A stretch of DNA of 49,219 nucleotides. Source: a virus. Lineage: Duplodnaviria; Caudoviricetes. Below are positions 27,374 through 35,288 of the stretch, one piece after another. The number at the start of each line of letters is the position of its first letter. Within the stretch, counting starts at the first letter, position 1. The DNA lies in IMG/VR virus record IMGVR_UViG_3300036805_000110, positions 1-49,219 of that record. One strand, 5' to 3'. Made by a program: the position numbers and the translations under genes. Under the pieces are notes generated by a model. That model made no database searches, had not been told where the DNA came from, and saw only the letters and a list, made by a program, of their open reading frames with translations.

Positions 27374-27814
27374 TCATGACTCCGCGTCCTGCCGGCGCTT
27401 GGAGTCACGCCGCCCGATGCAACACCGGCACCGGGTGCTCAAACCATCCTGCCGCTTGGAGTCCTTGTAGAACTCAGCCAACGGCTGGTCCACCTGGCAC
27501 CCAGTGCACATCCGTACGCGCGGCGCGGGGTCCGGGTTCTCCAACCGCTCCCCCACCCGACGCTCACGCCGACCGGCCTCGCCCCGCAGGGTGGCCCGAC
27601 GCTCCTCCGCCGACAACCCACCCCACACACCGTCGTCCTGCCCGGTGGCCAGCGCCCACTCCCGGCACTCCGACTTCACCGGGCACCGCGCGCACACCGA
27701 CTTAGCCTCCGACAGCTGCAACATCGCCGGACCGGACGTACCGACCGGGAAGAACAACTCCGGGTCCTCATCACGGCACGCTGCAAGGTCCCTCCAGTCA
27801 CCCATTTTCCGCAC
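27374..27814 (-). CDS. whiB: WhiB-family transcription regulator with an extra C-terminal Cys-rich domain
   Basis: WRDLAACRDEDPELFFP...CARCPVKSEC...GVWGG, then CTGC...CRCC. Confidence 0.93.
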   Translation of the reverse strand: MRKMGDWRDLAACRDEDPELFFPVGTSGPAMLQLSEAKSVCARCPVKSECREWALATGQDDGVWGGLSAEERRATLRGEAGRRERRVGERLENPDPAPRVRMCTGCQVDQPLAEFYKDSKRQDGLSTRCRCCIGRRDSKRRQDAES

Positions 27815-28004
27815 CTCCTCCAGCTCCCCGTAGCGATGTCTTCGCTTCCGCCACGCTGGCCAACGTCGCCAGCACCTCCCGCCCGTGCCCGGTGTGGGCG
27901 TTCAGGGCCTCGATCAGCTCGTTCTGGACTGTGGTCAGCCACCGGTAGGCGTTGGTGATCCTCTGGTCGGTGGCGACCGTTTGGTCTACCCATTCCACGG
28001 TCAC
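27798..28004 (-). CDS. Hypothetical protein
   Basis: GTG 28004 overlaps the upstream stop (GTGA). Confidence 0.55.
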   Translation of the reverse strand: MTVEWVDQTVATDQRITNAYRWLTTVQNELIEALNAHTGHGREVLATLASVAEAKTSLRGAGGGAENG

Positions 28005-28237
28005 TGCCCACCCGTCCTTGCCGCCAGCCCAGTAACCACCTGGCGCGCAATGCCCACCAGCCACACACCCACGTCACCGTCTGGCTGACCGAGTGCGTGG
28101 ATCGCACGGTTGGCCTGCTGGAACGTCAACACGGTGGCCTCTTCCACCACCGAACGGTCCCGGACCAGCGTCGCGACGAACGCGAACACCAGGTCCACGT
28201 TCTGGTCGTAGAGCCGTTGGGCTTGCGCGCGGGTCAC
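28001..28237 (-). CDS. Stand-alone ECF sigma-factor region-2-like protein (78 aa)
   Basis: RLYDQNVDLVFAFVATLVRDRSVVEEATVLTFQQANRAI...DVGVWLVGIARQVV matches the sigma70 region-2 pattern of ECF sigmas. No region 4. Confidence 0.7.
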   Translation of the reverse strand: MTRAQAQRLYDQNVDLVFAFVATLVRDRSVVEEATVLTFQQANRAIHALGQPDGDVGVWLVGIARQVVTGLAARTGGQ

Positions 28238-28527
28238 CGCCGGAACCAGCCGATCACCCGGCGGGTCTTGCCCCACGGCTGCCGGGGGAACACCGCCATC
28301 TCCTTGACCAGCTCGGTCAGGTCATGCACCGCTGCGGTCAGGTCGGAGATCTCCGTGCACACCTGGTCGATGGACGCCTCAACGCCACCGCTGATCTCTC
28401 TCAGCGCCTCGGTGTGCGCCTCAGTCGCTTTCTCGATCGCCCTGGGTAGCTCTGGGAGGAACTTGCCCAGGACCGTGGAGATACCCCGCAGGTGCCGATC
28501 TCCCCCTACCGGTGGTGACGTGACCAT
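28234..28527 (-). CDS. Hypothetical coiled-coil protein
   Basis: ATG 28527, GTGA-coupled to the next gene. Confidence 0.55.
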   Translation of the reverse strand: MVTSPPVGGDRHLRGISTVLGKFLPELPRAIEKATEAHTEALREISGGVEASIDQVCTEISDLTAAVHDLTELVKEMAVFPRQPWGKTRRVIGWFRR

Positions 28528-28532
28528 GGCCG

Positions 28533-28721
28533 TTACCCCCTGGCCCGGACGCGGGCCACGCCAGCCACGACACCGAGCACCGCAATGGCCACGACCAGCG
28601 CGCCGATGAACGGCTGGATGTGGAACGTGTTGATCGCCCACACCTCTTTGTCTCCGTCGTCGCCGCCATCGCACGCCGTCAGCGACAAGCCGCACAGCGC
28701 GATCAGTACCGCGTACCTCAT
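28533..28721 (-). CDS. Small lipoprotein/membrane protein
   Basis: MRYAVLIALCGLSLTAC lipobox-like signal, preceded by GACACGGAGG. Confidence 0.6.
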   Translation of the reverse strand: MRYAVLIALCGLSLTACDGGDDGDKEVWAINTFHIQPFIGALVVAIAVLGVVAGVARVRARG

Positions 28722-28804
28722 GTCCGCTCCTCCGTGTCGGTGGTGCCGTCGCACCTGGTTAGACGCCTGATAGCGCCATAGTGTGTAGTCCAAACGGGTG
28801 AAGG

Positions 28805-29278
28805 CTAGAGCCTCATCCCCGTGATGGTGCTGAGCATCTTCATCCACACCGGCTCCAAGCCTGGCTGATCTCGCCACTGGTCTGGACCGGCATTAACTGC
28901 GAGGTGGGCCAGCGTTATCTCCACCAGTTCCTCAAGGTCGCGCTGAGTCACCCAACGCATGGCACAGGTCTCTTCTTCGCTGCGGACCGGCTCACCGACC
29001 CAGCGGACCGCGTCAAACACTCTCCATCGGTGATGATCTCCGCCTGGCCGCCGGCACCTGTTTTCGTGTGTGTCGATCAGGACCAGGCGCAACTCGACTG
29101 CCCGGAGACCGGCTTCCTCCCGCAGCTCCCGCGCTGCCGCGTCGGCGTAGGTCTCACCCTTGTCAACGTGGCCAGCCGGGGGAGCCCACCCGTAGGGGGG
29201 ATTGCGCCGCTGGATCAGCAGCAATTGACCGTCTCGCCGGACCAGTATCCCGACGCTGGTGTTATTGCATCTGTCCAT
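28805..29278 (-). CDS. Nudix hydrolase
   Basis: Nudix box GHVDKGETYADAAARELREEAGL. Confidence 0.92.
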   Translation of the reverse strand: MDRCNNTSVGILVRRDGQLLLIQRRNPPYGWAPPAGHVDKGETYADAAARELREEAGLRAVELRLVLIDTHENRCRRPGGDHHRWRVFDAVRWVGEPVRSEEETCAMRWVTQRDLEELVEITLAHLAVNAGPDQWRDQPGLEPVWMKMLSTITGMRL

Positions 29279-29416
29279 CTGGGCTCTCCGTGTCTGGTGG
29301 TCCGTCGACCGTTGATTTCCCTATGACCGTAACCCTCGTTTCACCACCAGGTCAACGGTTTTCTAGTAACTCACCCGAAGTAATGTTACGTACGGAGCGT
29401 TCAGGTTGTGGTGCTG

Positions 29417-29674
29417 CTACGGGACCACTTCCACCCAGTCATCCACCACAATCACCCGCCGCCGGTACACACGCGCCCGGTTGACACGGACCTGACCATC
29501 GATCCACTGCTCCAGCGGGTAGATCCGCTCCAGGTCCGGATGCGACTTGCGGACACACATGCTCCCGTCCGAGAACAGGACCGCGTGCTCGATCACGACC
29601 TCACCGGCGAGCGGGGGTCCGAGGCCGCTCCGGTCCGGTCGGCCCGGCGTCGTGCTCGGCTGGGTATTCACCAA
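29417..29674 (-). CDS. Hypothetical protein
   Basis: GAGG RBS and operon context. Confidence 0.5.
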   Translation of the reverse strand: MVNTQPSTTPGRPDRSGLGPPLAGEVVIEHAVLFSDGSMCVRKSHPDLERIYPLEQWIDGQVRVNRARVYRRRVIVVDDWVEVVP

Positions 29675-29870
29675 TGGCCTCTTTCTCCTGCTCGGTTAGG
29701 GATACCCGCAGGTGACCCACCCCAGTGTCGGTGTTCCACCACCACCACTCCCGAACCCCACCCACACCAGCGATGGCAGCGACCGCCGCGCGCTCCACCT
29801 GGGTCGCGGACCGCACCCGCTTACGCCGCATGGGGTCGCTGATTGACACACTCGCGTGCCAAACTGGCAC
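29601..29870 (-). CDS. Hypothetical protein (start uncertain)
   Basis: Coding-like ORF in the minus-strand gene run. Confidence 0.45.
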   Translation of the reverse strand: MPVWHASVSISDPMRRKRVRSATQVERAAVAAIAGVGGVREWWWWNTDTGVGHLRVSLTEQEKEAIGEYPAEHDAGPTGPERPRTPARR

Positions 29871-30025
29871 GCCATCGTTGAGACGCGCTCAACGGTCCAC
29901 GGCCAGCAAGACCCTCAGCAGGTTCCCCCCGGCCGTCGTATTTTCTCGAGTGAGCGGTCCCAGGACCGCTGGGTCAATGTCTGCTCGGTTCAGCGGGTGG
30001 GTCAGCGCGTACTCCTGCTGGTCGG

Positions 30026-30298
30026 TCACCGGCCGCATTCCCAGCACCCGATGCCACCGCAGTTACATGGCCCCGCGTCTTTCACCGGCTCCTCCTCCAC
30101 CTTGACCGCTGTGATCTCGTATCCCGCTTCGGTCAGCTTCTGGTGCAGCTCGTTCACGTCCTCATCGAACATCACCGGCCACGGACACCCACCGAGGTTG
30201 CACACCGTCATCCCGTACCGGCACGCGCGGTGCTCCTCCCGCAGCCCGGTCACCACCCGCTGCAACGCGTCCCTGCCCTCGATGCCCATGGCCGTCAC
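30026..30298 (-). CDS. Hypothetical Cys-rich protein
   Basis: GTGA overlap with the upstream gene and CxxC-like motifs. Confidence 0.55.
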   Translation of the reverse strand: MTAMGIEGRDALQRVVTGLREEHRACRYGMTVCNLGGCPWPVMFDEDVNELHQKLTEAGYEITAVKVEEEPVKDAGPCNCGGIGCWECGR

Positions 30299-30660
30299 AC
30301 CAGGCTCTTGATCAGGTGTGGGCGGAGCACGTCACGCGCGGCGTCCAACGTGTCGAAGTACCGGGGGGTGTCACCGGTGCGCCCCGTCCAGGTGTGCTCG
30401 GCCGCTGCCTTGAGCGCGGCGTCCACATCGATGTTCTTCTTCGGCACCAGGTGGGCCTTGCGGAACCCCACCATCCTGGGCAGCTCCACCGTGGTGGAGT
30501 ACCCGACCGGGCGCACGGCCTTGATCTGGCCGTCGCGGGTGATGTTGGTGACCACTGCGACGGTGAACTCCGGGTGGGACTTGCAGCCCTTCCCGATCAC
30601 GTAGTCGGTGTGGACGCTTTCCACGACCACCAGGTCCCCGCGCTTCGCTGGCTCCATCAC
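30295..30660 (-). CDS. Hypothetical protein
   Basis: GACACGGAGG at 30664-30673 precedes GTG/ATG 30660/30657. Confidence 0.65.
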   Translation of the reverse strand: MMEPAKRGDLVVVESVHTDYVIGKGCKSHPEFTVAVVTNITRDGQIKAVRPVGYSTTVELPRMVGFRKAHLVPKKNIDVDAALKAAAEHTWTGRTGDTPRYFDTLDAARDVLRPHLIKSLV

Positions 30661-30706
30661 AAACCTCCGTGTCTCGGTGGAGCCCGGCGGCCCCACTCAC
30701 CCGGTA

Positions 30707-30733
30707 TATCGCCACTGGCGCCGGCAGTGTTAC
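30707..30733 (-). promoter_or_regulatory. GTAAC-N17-CGATA motif, copy 3
   Basis: + strand ATCG 30708-30711 and GTTAC 30729-30733. Confidence 0.7.
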
Positions 30734-30735
30734 AG

Positions 30736-31683
30736 CTACCTCGACAGCCTGTTGACTTTCGGCTTGTGCTTGATCGGCAGATCGGGGTTGTTCGGCCACC
30801 AGAACCCGCGTGTGTTCCTCCACTCCTGGTGCCGGTCCGGTCCGCTACCAACCCAGTACCGGCGGCGCACCCCATCGATCCACTGCCGGTAGCTCGGTGA
30901 CGTCCCCGTACCGGGGTGCTGCACCGGTTGGGCCTCCCGCCGCAACGTGATCACCGTGACCTCGGTCGGTAGCTTCCGGCGCGCGGCCAACCGCATGATC
31001 GCCCGGTCGGTGCGCTCACTGGTGTGCGTGGAGATCGTCTCGTCCAGCAGGCCCCACAACGCCAAGACCATGCACCCCATGTTCAGCCCGGCGTGCGCGG
31101 TCAACCCCTCATCGGTCATTCGCTGCTCTTGCTCAGGAGACGGTGGGATCGGCGACGGGCCAACCCTCAGACCATTCGGCAACCAGTAGGTGCCGATCCC
31201 ATGCCACCGGCCCAGCAGCCTGCGCAACTCCGGCCGGTCGGTTTCCACGGCGACCTCATCCGGTTCCCGGTACAGGTCGTTGAACGTGGTCAACAGCCAC
31301 CCCACATCACCGCCACGGTCCTGGGCTGGTCCCCACGTCAGCGAGTGGATGATGGTCCGGCGCCCTCGCAGCTCCCGGAACTCGATCGGCTTCTCCAGGA
31401 CCACGAACCCGCACTGGCGTGGCGGCCGGTAGTCCTCACCGACCCGCGTCAGTTCGTGCATGGCCTCGACACGCGCCAACACCAGGCCGGTCATCTGCTC
31501 GGTCACCAGGTAGGCGCGTGCGTTGCCCACGTTCCTGGCGATCGTCGGGGCCACACTGCTGACCTGGCTGATGACCTTGTCCTGCCGGGCGAGGCCGTCT
31601 AAGTACCGGCAGGCCGGTGTGTTCCCGTTCCCCAGAATGTCCGCTAGGTCCAGGTGTTGGGCGAGGACGTCACGCGGTCGCAC
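30736..31683 (-). CDS. Hypothetical phage protein
   Basis: 315 aa with a Trp/Arg-rich C-terminal motif (QWIDGVRRRYW...GFWWP). Confidence 0.7.
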   Translation of the reverse strand: MRPRDVLAQHLDLADILGNGNTPACRYLDGLARQDKVISQVSSVAPTIARNVGNARAYLVTEQMTGLVLARVEAMHELTRVGEDYRPPRQCGFVVLEKPIEFRELRGRRTIIHSLTWGPAQDRGGDVGWLLTTFNDLYREPDEVAVETDRPELRRLLGRWHGIGTYWLPNGLRVGPSPIPPSPEQEQRMTDEGLTAHAGLNMGCMVLALWGLLDETISTHTSERTDRAIMRLAARRKLPTEVTVITLRREAQPVQHPGTGTSPSYRQWIDGVRRRYWVGSGPDRHQEWRNTRGFWWPNNPDLPIKHKPKVNRLSR

Positions 31684-31686
31684 CGG

Positions 31687-32016
31687 TCAGTCCTCGTACA
31701 AACCGAGGGAGTAGGAGTGATACGGCTCCACCCACACACCCGAGGGGAACCGGATCGCCTGCTCCGTCGAGACACGCACCGCGCTGGCAGCGTCAGCACC
31801 GAACTCGTCCACCAGCGTCGTGGAGACCTCCTCGTTGACCCCACCCATCGACGCGCGGTAGGCCCACTCGAACGGCCCGTCCTCCCAGCAGATCAACCAG
31901 GCAACCTGGCCGTCCCAGTTCTCGATCAGCGTGATCTCGTGCGCGTCGTCGTAGTTCTTGTACCGGGCGCGCACAGCGGCCAGTGCCGCTTCGGCCTTCT
32001 CTCGCGTGATAGCCAT
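31687..32016 (-). CDS. Hypothetical protein
   Basis: GACACGGAGG at 32022-32031 before ATG 32016. Confidence 0.7.
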   Translation of the reverse strand: MAITREKAEAALAAVRARYKNYDDAHEITLIENWDGQVAWLICWEDGPFEWAYRASMGGVNEEVSTTLVDEFGADAASAVRVSTEQAIRFPSGVWVEPYHSYSLGLYED

Positions 32017-32065
32017 GGTGTCCTCCGTGTCCGTGGCCGGGAACGTCTCCCGGCGTCTACTCACC

Positions 32066-32092
32066 TATCGTCGCTTGCCGGCCGGGCGTTAC
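32066..32092 (-). promoter_or_regulatory. GTAAC-N17-CGATA motif, copy 4
   Basis: + strand ATCG 32067-32070 and GTTAC 32088-32092. Confidence 0.7.
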
Positions 32093-32346
32093 ACCTCACC
32101 CTCGATGATCTGACCGGCCACACGGTCCCTCATCTTCTTCTCGATGTGGGAGTCAGTGACGTACGCACCGCAGTTGAATGCCGCGCCCGCCACAGCACAA
32201 GCCGACCCGATGACGAACACCACCTGGGTCCACCCGTGGAACGCCAGCACCGACACCGCCACCATCACCAGCGTCAGCAAAGTCAGCCCGATCGCCCTGG
32301 ACGCGCGACGCTCAATGGGTGTTGGCACCCGATCGCTGTTGACCAT
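32089..32346 (-). CDS. Small 2-TM membrane protein
   Basis: GACACGGAGG at 32355-32364 and two hydrophobic segments. Confidence 0.7.
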   Translation of the reverse strand: MVNSDRVPTPIERRASRAIGLTLLTLVMVAVSVLAFHGWTQVVFVIGSACAVAGAAFNCGAYVTDSHIEKKMRDRVAGQIIEGEV

Positions 32347-32563
32347 GTTCGTTACCTCCGTGTCGGCTGACCATCAGACCCGATGCCTGATGGTTCGTTC
32401 CATCCCATCCACTCGGCGTACTGGTCACCACCGGGGATCTTGTTCGCACCGGGCCCGCACGCGCACCACCACAGCAACCCGGTCGGTGACTGCGCTGTCC
32501 GGCGCGGGTGGCCCTCGGGGCACCTGCCGTCATCGCAGATCCCGTCACCCCACCGGCGCCCGG

Positions 32564-32932
32564 TCATGGGCAGCACCACGCGCACGGCGGCCGGGTGGTG
32601 TTGCAGTAGCAGCCCTCCGGCGCGCGCTCCGGGTCTTCGCCGGACAGCGCAGTCACCGGCCCGTGGCCCAGTCGGATCACGTTGCCCCGCCCCGGTTCCT
32701 CCCCGTCGCACAGTTCCCGGTCACCGTTGACGCCCGAGACCACGGTGCGCCACGGTGCCGGCGTCGCGGTCCGTTCCACACCGACCAGGCACCGCTGGCA
32801 TGTGCCGCGTAGCGCGTCACCCGCTGGGTCCGGTGGTGGTTTCGGTGGTCGTGGCCTCGGTGGTCGGCTGGCTTGGATGACTCTGGCCAGCTCGATGACA
32901 CCGGCGAAGAACTGGTCGGCCGGTCCCATCAC
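32564..32932 (-). CDS. Hypothetical Cys-rich protein
   Basis: GTGA overlap with the upstream gene. Confidence 0.45.
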   Translation of the reverse strand: MMGPADQFFAGVIELARVIQASRPPRPRPPKPPPDPAGDALRGTCQRCLVGVERTATPAPWRTVVSGVNGDRELCDGEEPGRGNVIRLGHGPVTALSGEDPERAPEGCYCNTTRPPCAWCCP

Positions 32933-33315
32933 GACCGCCCATCGATGCGCGTGGTGAACACCCCGAACAGCTCGCCACCCTCGCCACGCACCTCGTACCG
33001 GGTGTGCATGTAGCAGTCGTCATCGGTGGTCGTCGGACCAGCCTGGAGATGGACCGCGACCTGGTCGGCCGACCCATCAGGGTCCAGCGCGACGATCCCG
33101 GTAACCGGGAAGGTCCCGCAGTAGTGGGCGTTCTGAACGTCACCGGAGAGCTGGGCGATGGTCATCAACCGCCACACCCCCATCTCCGGGTCCCACGCCA
33201 GGAACTGGGGGTCCGGTTTCGGTTCCTCGTCGGCTGTCAGGTCGTCGGGCTCCCGCAGGTGATCGGCCTCCGCGCGGCTCATCTGCGCTGCCATAGCATC
33301 GCTGTACTCAGACAC
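32929..33315 (-). CDS. Hypothetical protein
   Basis: AGAGG RBS and acidic composition. Confidence 0.6.
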   Translation of the reverse strand: MSEYSDAMAAQMSRAEADHLREPDDLTADEEPKPDPQFLAWDPEMGVWRLMTIAQLSGDVQNAHYCGTFPVTGIVALDPDGSADQVAVHLQAGPTTTDDDCYMHTRYEVRGEGGELFGVFTTRIDGRS

Positions 33316-33441
33316 CTCTCTGCTCCTTCCGTGCCTCGGCGCGCAACCGCTCCAACTCGGCGATTAACCACGCGACGTCGTACCGGTTCACCGGACCGAA
33401 CAAGTGGTCAACCTTGATCCTCAGCAACCGATCCACGCGGG

Positions 33442-33867
33442 TCATGGTGACTCCATCGCGACGGCCAGATCCAGGGCAGCCTCAGCCAACCGGCGCCGAG
33501 CCTGGGCACGCATCTTGCCGATCTCCGTCAACCGCTCCAACGGGAAATCGATGTACTCCAGACACCGGGCGAGCTGTGACGTCACCCTCCGGTACCGATC
33601 CGACGCCTCGACCAGCTTGGCCCACTCCGGGGGTTCATCACCCAGGTGGATCTCATCCCAGATCCGCAGGTAGCTGTGGATCTCATCGACGTCTTCCGCG
33701 CCGAGCTCCACCGTGAACGTCTTAGCTGTGGTCACACCACGGACGGTGTCCTCAATGAACTTCGGTCCGGCGAGTCGGTAGCCGTGGCCGGTGTCGTTGG
33801 CGTCCAGGGCGCTGATGTTCGCGCGGCCACGGGCGTCGCCTTCCAGCACGATCTTGGTGTAGTTCAT
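33442..33867 (-). CDS. Hypothetical protein
   Basis: ATG 33867 (MNYTKIVL) after GGAGG, ATGA overlap. Confidence 0.6.
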   Translation of the reverse strand: MNYTKIVLEGDARGRANISALDANDTGHGYRLAGPKFIEDTVRGVTTAKTFTVELGAEDVDEIHSYLRIWDEIHLGDEPPEWAKLVEASDRYRRVTSQLARCLEYIDFPLERLTEIGKMRAQARRRLAEAALDLAVAMESP

Positions 33868-34166
33868 CGTGCCTTCCTCCACTCCGGGACCTCGTTGTAC
33901 TCGGACACGATCTTGGCCAGTGCCCAAGCCTTCTTGTCTCGGAGTGCGTGCCGGGCGTTTACGCCATCCAGGCCCGGCGACCAAACCACGTCAACCAGGC
34001 GCCCCAGGGAGTCATCCCGGACACGGATGTACTCGGTCCGCTGCCGGCCATCCCGGCGTACGACACGGCGAATTTCAACGGTCCCGACCAAGTCCTGCCG
34101 TGGCTCGGAGTGGACTTTCCACCCGTTGGCTCTGGCGGCTGCCAGGATCTCTTCTCTTGCGATCAT
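33864..34166 (-). CDS. Hypothetical protein
   Basis: GACACGGAGA at 34172-34181 before ATG 34166. Confidence 0.6.
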   Translation of the reverse strand: MIAREEILAAARANGWKVHSEPRQDLVGTVEIRRVVRRDGRQRTEYIRVRDDSLGRLVDVVWSPGLDGVNARHALRDKKAWALAKIVSEYNEVPEWRKAR

Positions 34167-34249
34167 GATGGTCTCCGTGTCGTTCGGGGTGCTGGCCGTC
34201 ACCAACACCCCCGAACCTACCCCCACCGGCGGTCACAGTCAACGCCCAG

Positions 34250-34495
34250 TTAGGCCGTTCCCTCCGCCTTCCACACATGCCACCGCGTTGCCGCCGTAGC
34301 GATCTCCTGGGGGGAAATGCTGATCGCCCGCTCCGGGTCAGCCTCGAAATACACAACCCAATCACCGGTGTACGGATCACGGATCACAATCAACGTCGCA
34401 GAGCCACCCGTAAGAAGGCGACCCTGCAACGCAACCCGCTGCTGCTGATTCTGTGGAACGGTCCGGTGCGGTCCTGGAATATCCGCAGAGCCCAT
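34250..34495 (-). CDS. Hypothetical protein
   Basis: GAGGGG RBS. Confidence 0.5.
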   Translation of the reverse strand: MGSADIPGPHRTVPQNQQQRVALQGRLLTGGSATLIVIRDPYTGDWVVYFEADPERAISISPQEIATAATRWHVWKAEGTA

Positions 34496-34670
34496 CGGTC
34501 CCCCTCAGATCGTTACCTCCCACCGGCCGCGCCACGCTTGATCGCAGCCCACAACGAACCACGACACCACGCCGGTCGCATGTTCCAGCAGATAACCGCG
34601 TCCAACACGCGGCAACCGGTCGCCAAGGTATCCATCACTCTCACTGTCCAAACATCACGACGGGTGACCA

Positions 34671-35288
34671 TCACCCCCACCCCATCAACCAACCCATCAC
34701 TGGACTAAGCCACCCGACCATCCCCATAGCCATGATCGCAGTCAACAGGAACATCACGGGAACCGCGAGGAACTTCTCTCCCGCGCTGTCAGTGGAGAAC
34801 CAATGCAGGGAGTGGCGCTTCCACACCTCTTTGTGACGCAGATAGTTGTAAACCGCGCTAAACGGGACACCGGACGGTGTGGGGCAATCCGCGATGATGT
34901 GACTGGTAGTCCCCACGAACACCGCAGCACCCCACCACCAGCACCAGGGTGCGATCGGTGGGATCTGCGACGTCAGCAACACCACCACCAGCCCAGCCAG
35001 CAGGCACCACTCAATGCAATGCGACGGGCCACGGTGGACGTCGTCGCGGTGCTTGTCCTTCTCCGTGCGGATCATGTACCCCAGGTGGCCGCTCCCGCGA
35101 ACGAGAGCGGCACCGGGGTGCATCCGGCCCTTGAAACGCGGGTGATCCAGGTCGTTCCACGTTGAGGAGAACACGACCAACGCACCGCACGCGATCGCGA
35201 CCGGCAGCGGCACCCCCAGCATCACCATCGACCACGCCTTGCCCAATCCCAAGGGCGAGGCGGTGGCGTGGTGCCCCAAACGCATCAC
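34671..35288 (-). CDS. Membrane-bound metal-dependent hydrolase (YdjM/DUF457-like)
   Basis: GHHA, DLDHP, HRGPSH and SHIIAD..TPSGVP motifs with TM helices. Confidence 0.8.
   Translation of the reverse strand: MMRLGHHATASPLGLGKAWSMVMLGVPLPVAIACGALVVFSSTWNDLDHPRFKGRMHPGAALVRGSGHLGYMIRTEKDKHRDDVHRGPSHCIEWCLLAGLVVVLLTSQIPPIAPWCWWWGAAVFVGTTSHIIADCPTPSGVPFSAVYNYLRHKEVWKRHSLHWFSTDSAGEKFLAVPVMFLLTAIMAMGMVGWLSPVMGWLMGWG

Noticed and set aside
24640-27400. rtcB/rtcA RNA-repair operon beside rsr
   Set aside because: No RtcB, RtcA or RtcR motifs recognised anywhere in the window.
33398-33412. SOS boxes (CGAACaagtGGTCA here, TCGAAC at 45299)
   Set aside because: They match the actinobacterial CGAAC-N4-GTTCG consensus poorly (two or more mismatches).
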